The notes under the pieces were generated by a model. That model was given only the letters and a program-made list of their open reading frames with translations. It was not told where the DNA came from and searched no databases. A stretch of DNA of 64,000 nucleotides from Alloascoidea hylecoeti (lineage: Eukaryota), in the NCBI GenBank assembly GCA_001600815.1, contig BCKZ01000009.1:274194-338193 (forward strand). Reading direction: 5' to 3'. A program made the position numbers and the translations under genes. The number at the start of each line of letters is the position of its first letter. The stretch's first letter is position 1. Below are positions 25,255 to 33,460 of the stretch, piece by piece.

Positions 25255-26090
25255 CTACCTTAACAAGTTTAGCTCATCGCTGTCTGAGCTGCATTCTGCC
25301 AGCATCTGCCCATATTTCCTACTCAGAACTCCAACCTCAACTCCAGAGTCACGCACCATGGCTGTGATCGGGTGTCCCCTCTTCCTTTTCACTTTAAATG
25401 TAATCTTTTCAACAGTAGGAGTTACCGGAATTGTGATTGTAGTCTTCAGATCAGATATGTCCATACTGGTAGAATCTCCACCGCCGTCTTCATCGGTTTC
25501 CATTAGATACTTTGTATTAGCAGGATCTTCAAGAACTTTTTCGTATAAAAACTCTGCAAACCTCACCCTTTCAGGCTGAGCCTGTTTCAAGTCATCATCA
25601 TTTATATCAGCTGTGGGTTCGGGAGCCCGATTCTTTAAATTTATCTTTTCCATGACATCCTTTTCGTTCTTCATAATCCTCTTTTTCAGGTTAGATATAT
25701 CACTTAGGTGTTTACTTTTTTTCTTCTTCGTGGGGCGATTTGGGTCCATATTTGCTGTAGGCTTTTCTCGCTTAAAAAAATACTCTACCTCGTGGCTATC
25801 ATCGGGCCCATTTTCGAGGCCGTTCGCATACACGTGTGATGAGTTAACGCTTAAGCTTCTCGATTTTGTTTGTAACAGTGAATTCAAAGCGTCCCCGTCC
25901 TCTTCGTTAGAAAAGATATCATCTATACACGAAGTATGTTAGCGTCATCTATTGGATATGTAGTAGCATGATATGTAGGGTATAACCAACCATTAAGGGT
26001 ATATTTTTCGACTACTCCAGATGCCCGTCTTCTTATCTTGCAACCATTCTTGGTATCATGGTATACACCAAATCTCCTTTTTCCATACAT
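25255..26090 (-). CDS. Hypothetical charged protein, ~255 aa (2 exons: 26090-25991, 25922-25255)
   Basis: The long ORF lacks an early ATG. A 68-nt intron 25923-25990 (GTTGGT...GCTAAC...TAG) joins it in frame to ATG 26090 (MYGKRRFGVYHDT...). Basic NLS-like stretches present. Confidence 0.7.
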
Positions 26091-26277
26091 TCTTTTGCCT
26101 CCGAATGGTAGTGATTAAGGAAAGGAGTTCGATTTCATTGGAATAAGCGCGACATGAGGAGAACGGATGTATCAACAATAAAATGCGAAACCATCCAGGA
26201 AATTGATCCATCAGCAATCCACACAAAACTGACCAAAGGAACATACACGTGACCTCTATTTTATCACAGCAAACTCC

Positions 26278-26988
26278 ATGGCAACGTATCGTGACTCTGC
26301 TTCATCAAGACGGTCCAGTCTGCGCTCAATCTCAGCTCAGTCTCATCTCAGAAGCCTTGCTGGTAGTCCGACCCCGTCTCCCCCAACTACTACAAGCACT
26401 ATAACGAACCTCTCAGTCAAATCATCTGGCGCCATATATGATAAAAATCTGAATAGAAGGACCCCAGAGATCTCGCTTTCAGCATTTTCTTTTCTATATG
26501 CAGAAATACTTGCAAATCAACATGCAAAAAGCAAAGGTCTGGTTGATCTGGAAAATAGATTGAATAAACTGGGATATCGAGTTGGTCAGAAAGTTTATGA
26601 ACTATTACTTCTCAGAGAGATAAAGAATGCCAAGCGAGGTTTAAAAATAATCGAAATCCTTCAGTTTGTTCACACAACGGTCTGGCGTACTTTGTTTGGA
26701 CGCACCGCCGATGAGTTAGAAAAATCGCAGAGTCAAGACACGGAATATATGTTAATTGATAAATGTCCGATGGTAAGCCAGTTCATTACTCCACCAAAGG
26801 ACATTTCTCAGCTGAATTGTGCTGCATTTATGGGTGGAATAATCGAAGCCGTTCTAGATAGTGCCCTTTTTACCGCTAAAATCACTGCTCATTCAGATCC
26901 TGTTGATGGATTTCCACTACGAACTGTATTCTTAATCAGATTCTCTGAAGATGTAGTAGAGAGGGAAAAGTTTAGATTTAGCCGATAA
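26278..26988 (+). CDS. TRS31: TRAPP complex subunit Trs31
   Basis: EISLSAFSFLYAE, LENRLNKLGYRVG, VWRTLFG, LNCAAFMGGIIEAVL. Confidence 0.95.
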   Translation: MATYRDSASSRRSSLRSISAQSHLRSLAGSPTPSPPTTTSTITNLSVKSSGAIYDKNLNRRTPEISLSAFSFLYAEILANQHAKSKGLVDLENRLNKLGYRVGQKVYELLLLREIKNAKRGLKIIEILQFVHTTVWRTLFGRTADELEKSQSQDTEYMLIDKCPMVSQFITPPKDISQLNCAAFMGGIIEAVLDSALFTAKITAHSDPVDGFPLRTVFLIRFSEDVVEREKFRFSR

Positions 26989-27064
26989 TTATACGCATAC
27001 AGAGTGAATGTCCGTTTATGAGGGTATATAATTGTAGAAGCTTAATGTATCTACCTAAAGTATG

Positions 27065-27874
27065 TTAAACATTCAAATCTTTTTGGTAACTGACTCTATC
27101 AACTTTAACTTCTCCATCGAATATTGAATAAATATACAAGACACAAAGAGGTCCTTGAACATCCAACAAACAAAAACTCGGAATAGGGTCGCCCCGTTTT
27201 GAAGCAGAAAACAAATCCTGTTTCTTTGGTTCTTCTTCTCCGACACTATTACCTTTTTCTTTATATCCGTTTTCGCGATCTGATTCTGTAGCTTCAGTAA
27301 GTGGTTCATAATTATCGGGCCACTTTGACGAGAATGCACCGGTAGCACTACCTGGATTAATGAAGAACTTGCCATCTAAAGTATAAGCCTCGACTCTGCT
27401 TGTGCCACCATATAATAGTATGTCTACGTCCATTTGTCTTGCTGTGGTCAACAATGCCATTGAATCTCCATTTGGAAGTATTGTGAACCCATTAGTAAAA
27501 CCAATCCTTAATTCATCATGTGTAGTGACTTTTGATAAAGCTATAACCGGATTTTCATCGAATTCTCCTTTTACTAATTGAAAATCGGGAGAAAGAGATC
27601 TGAGGAAATCTGTCATTTGTGGAGAGGTTGTGACATTTCCTAAACATATAACTTGTGATATTTTACCGGGAGTCAGTAGTTTGCGGAACTGGAATAAAAT
27701 GTTAATAATAGATAAAGAGTCGAATATAAGAGTGTAAGTTTACCTTAAGTGGTAGTTCCTAAAGATGGAGATTGATTTGTTAGTTTAAAGAACATCGAGT
27801 AGAGAAGCATGATTTATTAAGCATACTGATGCCCTATCTGGAATGTGTAGATCACCAATAACCAGAATTAACAT
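27065..27874 (-). CDS. VPS29: Retromer subunit Vps29 (3 exons: 27874-27827, 27758-27744, 27688-27065)
   Basis: Spliced product [31 protein letters not shown]...FINPGSATGA. Introns 27759-27826 (GTATGC..ACTAAC..TAG) and 27689-27743 (GTAAAC..ATTAAC..CAG). Confidence 0.93.
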
Positions 27875-28038
27875 TTTAGTGAAGTTACTTTTAGTGTTAA
27901 ATTTCCTGATGATATGGCTAATTTCAATACATATTACAGCTGATCTCAAGTTTACCACTATGTGTAGATCTCAGAACAGGCTACTTTTGATGTTTGGTAT
28001 CTATTATGTATTATACCATATTATACATCTATGATAGG

Positions 28039-29436
28039 CTAAACTACATTAATAGAATTGTCGATTGCAGATTTAATGGTTTCTATGAGTTCCTTTATAT
28101 TAGTATCAGTATCACTGTTGTTGATACCTGATCTATCAATTCTGAAGTACTTCTGTGCAATATCTCCATGAATTCCTTTGAGTATTCTCGTTTCCTTTTT
28201 CGCATTTCTAAAAAATTTATCTGTAGAAATGTTATCAGGTAAGTACACAGAAATTAGACTGTTTGAGGTCATCTCTGGGTAATTGGAAACAAATTTCAAA
28301 TCTAATGCAATCAAAGCATCTTTCAGTTGATTGGAAATATCTTGTTTTTCTTGAAACCAATTGTTAAGACATATATTCGAAGATCCAATCATTTTATCTA
28401 GTCGGTTGTTTAAAGCCTTCATTTCTACCTCCATTTTTATATCCTCTGTGTTCTCTATTTTTATAGAATTGTTATTTTCAGTTTCATGTGTTCTCACAAT
28501 TCGTGTCAATCGATCAAAATCAGTAATAGATGATTTTGAGATGTTTAAATTTCCATTTACACCTTCTAGAGCACGACCAGATGCATAACATATACATACT
28601 CCAGAGGAGCTTTTTACATCTTCTTTAAATGAAGTGATCACAAAATCCAATTTCCAATCATCAAACCTAATTTCCTCAACTCCTGTTGAGTATATAGCAT
28701 CAACAACTATTAAAGTTGATGGTGATATTTTATGTACTATCTTTGAAATTCTTTGTAGATCAGTTAAAACACCAGTGGATCCATCAACATGTGTTATTGT
28801 AATTAGTTTATACTTCGTTTCATTTAATTGCTTTTCTATATCTGATTCACCAACAGTTTCTCCAAGTTTAGCTGTCAAAACATCAACAGCTACGCCATGA
28901 ATTCCTAAGCTGTTAGCAAACTCATTTCCAAAATAACCTGTTGATAAAACGAGAGCTCGTTCATCATATTGGATTAAGTTTGAACTAACTATATCCCGAC
29001 CAAGAGAGCGAGGACCCCACACAATGTAGCCTCGAGAATCTTTTTTTGTTGAATAAAATAGTTTTCTCAACAGTGAAATAGACTGCTTGATTGTTTCTAT
29101 TCTCAAGGGATCATTAATATTTGTTTCACTTATTGATTTTTTTTTTGTGATAACATTTCCAAACTCTATTGATGGTGAAACCTTAAAGTGTGTTTTATCT
29201 TGATTTGTAGAATAATTTCTAGGATATATTTGGGTCGAATAACTTTGATTAGCAAATAGGGGGCTGAAATCATGGGATGATTCTTTACCATATTGAGCGC
29301 GCGATATTAATAACAGTTCTGATCTCGGAGGTAGGTGAGGAAAAGTATTTTCTGGAAAGGATGGAGCAACTATAATGGCTTCATTCGAAATGCCTATATG
29401 CCTAGAAAAAAGAGATATGCGGTCGGTAGGTGCCAT
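28039..29436 (-). CDS. Divergent class-V aminotransferase, alanine:glyoxylate aminotransferase (AGX1)-like; possible pseudoenzyme
   Basis: LVLSTGYFG, KLITITHVDGSTGV, LIVVDAIYS, EEIRFDDW, GIHGDIAQKYFRI. Catalytic-lysine region altered. First ATG at 29436. Confidence 0.85.
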   Translation of the reverse strand: MAPTDRISLFSRHIGISNEAIIVAPSFPENTFPHLPPRSELLLISRAQYGKESSHDFSPLFANQSYSTQIYPRNYSTNQDKTHFKVSPSIEFGNVITKKKSISETNINDPLRIETIKQSISLLRKLFYSTKKDSRGYIVWGPRSLGRDIVSSNLIQYDERALVLSTGYFGNEFANSLGIHGVAVDVLTAKLGETVGESDIEKQLNETKYKLITITHVDGSTGVLTDLQRISKIVHKISPSTLIVVDAIYSTGVEEIRFDDWKLDFVITSFKEDVKSSSGVCICYASGRALEGVNGNLNISKSSITDFDRLTRIVRTHETENNNSIKIENTEDIKMEVEMKALNNRLDKMIGSSNICLNNWFQEKQDISNQLKDALIALDLKFVSNYPEMTSNSLISVYLPDNISTDKFFRNAKKETRILKGIHGDIAQKYFRIDRSGINNSDTDTNIKELIETIKSAIDNSINVV

Positions 29437-29559
29437 AGCTTTTATGGTGATAAACACGAACTTTTGATAGACAGAAACTTAAGGCCCAATTGAAAAAAAA
29501 CGGCGAAAAAGTTTACTAACCTATAATTATAATAATAATTATTATTTTTCTAAGAAAGC

Positions 29560-29567
29560 CCGGGTAA
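29560..29567 (-). promoter_or_regulatory. Reb1-type site (TTACCCGG)
   Basis: CCGGGTAA in the divergent AGX1-like/VPS26 intergenic region. Confidence 0.55.
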
Positions 29568-30039
29568 TGGAGCTCATTTCAGTGAGGCTGAATAAAGTGA
29601 CTAAAGGGTCAAACACACCTAGGCCATTCGAACCTTCAAACTAAAAATATCACTACGATCACTTTCTTTTTTGGAATCTGAAGATTGTAAATATAGCTTC
29701 TGCTTATGTTATCTCTGTTAGCCTCAATGCGTTCTGCAGTTTTACAACCAGTGTGGTTGTGCTTTTTTTCTGAGTGATCTTCCTATGGAGTGTTCACTTC
29801 ATAATCTGCCAAACTTTTCCTGTTTAGCAGATCAATGGCGAGAGATTCCTCGTAGGCAATCTTAGACTCACCTCTTCTGCCCTCCTCTCATAAATTTCTT
29901 CCGATAGGAAAGCGGATCAGATCTCTCGGTTCCTGTGTATAACACAATAAGCCAAACTTAAACGTACGTAGTGTTACCCTGCCCCGAAACAATGCATTAA
30001 ACCTCTATAACTATCTAATATCTATAATTATCATCAACC

Positions 30040-30921
30040 ATGTCCCTTTTTTTCAAATCTCCACTAGAGATAGAAATTCGTTTGGATGGTGAAGATACTA
30101 GACAAAATGTTGATGTTAAGGGAAAGAATGGCCGTCGAGACAAGGTACCACTATATAAGGATGGGGAGTCTGTGAAAGGCACTGTCACAATTCGAGTTCG
30201 TGATGGCAAAAGATTGGAACATTTGGGCATAAAGGTTCAATTCATTGGTTCAATTGAAATGGCAAAAGATCAGGGCCAGCATGATGATTTTCTATCACTC
30301 ACACAAGAGTTAGCTGCACCTTCTGAAATTAGACACCCAGAGACATTCTCATTTGAATTCAAAAATGTTGAGAAACAATTCGAAAGCTACACAGGTACAA
30401 ATGTCAAATTACGCTATTATGTTCGAGTAATAGTTGCGAGAAGAACGGCCGATGTTATCAGAGAGAAAGACGTTTGGGTTTACTCCTACAAGATTCCACC
30501 AGACACAATAAGTTCCGTTAAAATGGATGTCGGTATTGAAGAGTGTCTTCACATCGAGTTTGAATATAGTAAATCGCGGTATCATTTGAAAGATGTAATT
30601 GTTGGGCGGATATATTTCTTATTAGTGAGATTAAAAATAAAGCATATGGAATTATCTATTATACGCCGAGAAACTGTTGGAGTTCCTCCAAATCAGCTAA
30701 ACGATAGCGAAACTCTTGTCCGGTTCGAAATTATGGATGGAGCTCCAGTTAGAGGGGAAACAATACCAATCCGCCTATTTTTAGGGGGCTTTGATTTAAC
30801 ACCAACTTTCAGGGATGTAAATAAGAAATTCTCTACAAGAACCTTCCTCAGTTTGGTACTGATCGATGAAGATCAAAGAAGATACTTTAAACAAAGTGAA
30901 ATCATACTTTACAGGGAATAA
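30040..30921 (+). CDS. VPS26: Retromer subunit Vps26 (Pep8)
   Basis: EHLGIKVQFIG, MDVGIEECLHIEFEY, FEIMDGAPVRGETIPIRLFL, RRYFKQSEI. Confidence 0.97.
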   Translation: MSLFFKSPLEIEIRLDGEDTRQNVDVKGKNGRRDKVPLYKDGESVKGTVTIRVRDGKRLEHLGIKVQFIGSIEMAKDQGQHDDFLSLTQELAAPSEIRHPETFSFEFKNVEKQFESYTGTNVKLRYYVRVIVARRTADVIREKDVWVYSYKIPPDTISSVKMDVGIEECLHIEFEYSKSRYHLKDVIVGRIYFLLVRLKIKHMELSIIRRETVGVPPNQLNDSETLVRFEIMDGAPVRGETIPIRLFLGGFDLTPTFRDVNKKFSTRTFLSLVLIDEDQRRYFKQSEIILYRE

Positions 30922-31284
30922 ACTGAAATGTGAATTATGCTAGGTGTATATGCATTTATATATCCTTTTGAATCAATAAATAAATTAAAGAATTGATATA
31001 CTATAAATAATTCCTGATTAATAATTGGTTTGAACAGCATTCGTAGCATAATATCAGTGCGGATTTTTTAACTTTATATTTATATATACTCCCCTATTTT
31101 GAATTCCAAATAAAGAACGTAAACACAAAAGTCCAAATATATCATTTTATTGATGTAAGATATAGGGCACTTCAGGGGTCCCATAATTCTTAATATATGT
31201 TTTTTACGTAATTATTGGACGCACGTGCTACGCACCATTTATAACAAAATTTGATATCAAAATATAAAAAATGATTATTATGAT

Positions 31285-33153
31285 ATGAGACTTTTAGCTG
31301 GTTGTAAGCAATTTCAATTGCAAAGAAACCATTATGAAATAATTTTAAGATCTTATTTAAGGAATGTCAATACCTTAAGCTTGGTATCTATTTTATTTCA
31401 TCGAGCTCCAAACCAACTTTCGGTCCATCCTTTTCATTCATCAAGTACTAATTATAAAGTTCTTAATACAACTACCAATCTCAATAACATTAGTGATAGT
31501 ATTAATTATAACGAAAAAGATATTAAGGTGAGAGATGTTCCTGGATCTTCGCTCTGCATTAAAAATTTGCCAGTATCTTTAGAGCCGAATGAACTAAAAG
31601 CATGTTTCGAAAACTTTGGTGAAATTATCGATTATAGTATAAAACGTCTACCTACTGGAAAACCGACTAGAATTGGTTTCATCTATTTTAGAAATTCTGA
31701 AAGCGCTAGTAAAGCAATTGAAAAGTTAAACGGGGCGCTTAAAATTCAAAATCACGAAGTAACTCTGACCTTAGCCAAAGTTTTATCAAAAAATCTTGAT
31801 TATAAGACCCCAAGAAATGAAATCTATATTGGAAATTTATCAAATTTTACCCTTTTAAATAAAAGAAGGCAATTGAAGGGGATATTTTCAAATTATGGTG
31901 AAATTGATTCAATGTTTATTCCTGTTGATAAACAAGGGTTTCCCAGAACTTTTTGTTTCATTACATTTCAAAATATACATGATGCAATAGAAGCAAAAGA
32001 TTCGTTAAATAATCATATTATTGATGGATCACAATGCTCTATTCAATTTCCCGATCCTAACTACTCAAAATCATTCGGAAACTCCTCTAACATATTATTG
32101 GATGCTCTAAGTATAAATAGAGATTTTAAAAAATCAAACATCAAAGTTCTTATACCTAATAGTCCAAACTACTATGCCCATAGCCATAGGTTTGATATAG
32201 ACTCTCCAAAACGAGATGATCAGCTGAAATCCGATTTACCGAAAACTTGGACATTATTTATTCAGAACCTTCCTCGTGATATTAGCAAAAAAGACATAAT
32301 TATGAATTTGGAAAACTATGACACTGACTTTACAGAACAAAATATTATATCATATCAAGAAAACATTAAAAATGGAACATGTATTGTTGGGTATATGTCA
32401 TTAGATAAAGCTCAAAAATTAAAAGAAATCTTAAATGGGGTAGCTTTTGGTGACAAGAAAATCAAAATAAACTATAAAAATCCTTTTAACAAATTTAAAA
32501 ATCGTTCTCAATTAGAGAAGATTTTAAGTAAAATATATATTGAGAATTTTCCAATTGAAACGACTAAGGATGAAGTTATTGAATATCTTCAACAATTTGG
32601 TAAAATTGATGAACTTCGGATTTTTAGAAATATTACTGAAGATGAACCACAATTGCAATGTTATGTCGGTTTTAGCTCATTTGGTGAAGCTTCTAAAGCC
32701 ATGGAAAGCGTGAATGATACAGATTTTAACGGAGTTCCATTATGTGCAAGCTATACCACATACGAATCTTCCGATGAATTTATGAAATCCAGATCAAAGA
32801 TTATAGACAATAATTCTTCTTTATCAAGTGGTAAATCGCCTAACCATGGAGTATTTGTACATTTTCCAGGCCCTAATCTTATAATTTCAATTACTGATAA
32901 ACTTAAGCTACAACGGGCCTTTGGAAATTATGGGGAAGTTGAAAATATAGACATTCCAATAGATGAAAGTACAGATAAATCAAAAGGTTATGCTTCTGTT
33001 ACCTATAAAAATCCCGAAGACGCCACTGAAGCAATTAAAAATCTAAATAATTCGCGTTTATTAGGAAGAAGGGTAAAATTGAGCGCTCTTCAGAGACCCT
33101 TAAGAAGTCCTAATTATAAGTCTTTAAATCACAAGAATCAATTAGAACGATAA
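31285..33153 (+). CDS. Multi-RRM (about five RRMs) RNA-binding protein
   Basis: RNP2/RNP1-like pairs: LCIKNLP/IGFIYF, IYIGNL/FCFITF, LFIQNLP/CIVGY, IYIENFP/CYVGF, VFVHFP/KGYASVTY. Confidence 0.9.
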   Translation: MRLLAGCKQFQLQRNHYEIILRSYLRNVNTLSLVSILFHRAPNQLSVHPFHSSSTNYKVLNTTTNLNNISDSINYNEKDIKVRDVPGSSLCIKNLPVSLEPNELKACFENFGEIIDYSIKRLPTGKPTRIGFIYFRNSESASKAIEKLNGALKIQNHEVTLTLAKVLSKNLDYKTPRNEIYIGNLSNFTLLNKRRQLKGIFSNYGEIDSMFIPVDKQGFPRTFCFITFQNIHDAIEAKDSLNNHIIDGSQCSIQFPDPNYSKSFGNSSNILLDALSINRDFKKSNIKVLIPNSPNYYAHSHRFDIDSPKRDDQLKSDLPKTWTLFIQNLPRDISKKDIIMNLENYDTDFTEQNIISYQENIKNGTCIVGYMSLDKAQKLKEILNGVAFGDKKIKINYKNPFNKFKNRSQLEKILSKIYIENFPIETTKDEVIEYLQQFGKIDELRIFRNITEDEPQLQCYVGFSSFGEASKAMESVNDTDFNGVPLCASYTTYESSDEFMKSRSKIIDNNSSLSSGKSPNHGVFVHFPGPNLIISITDKLKLQRAFGNYGEVENIDIPIDESTDKSKGYASVTYKNPEDATEAIKNLNNSRLLGRRVKLSALQRPLRSPNYKSLNHKNQLER

Positions 33154-33460
33154 TTAAACTATAGCTGTAAAAATAAAAACTAGTAATATCAACTATAACT
33201 CATTAGTAACATCACTTATAATTCATTAACAACATCTACTTTTATATCTATATAAAGTGAAATCTAATTAGGGATAGAATTGTATTTTTTTATCTACACT
33301 CGAATTGTGTGTATACTATATGTATTCGATTTTTTCGGATACTCTAACTCGTAATTCTTCGCCCTTTATTTCAACGCCCTTATTGACCCTTTTCTTTTTC
33401 ATCGTTATTTGCCTAATAATAGTAAAATAACAATTGTAAGTTAAATTTACAAGATTTCTA

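Noticed and set aside
29617..29640. GGTTCGAAT on the minus strand resembling a tRNA T-loop or B-box
   Set aside because: No T-stem complementarity or cloverleaf.
29636..29891. Possible spliced mini-ORF upstream of the AGX1-like gene (ATG 29891, GTGAGT donor 29871, GCTAAC ~29722)
   Set aside because: Gives only a ~27-aa peptide, acceptor ambiguous, and it does not join the downstream CDS.
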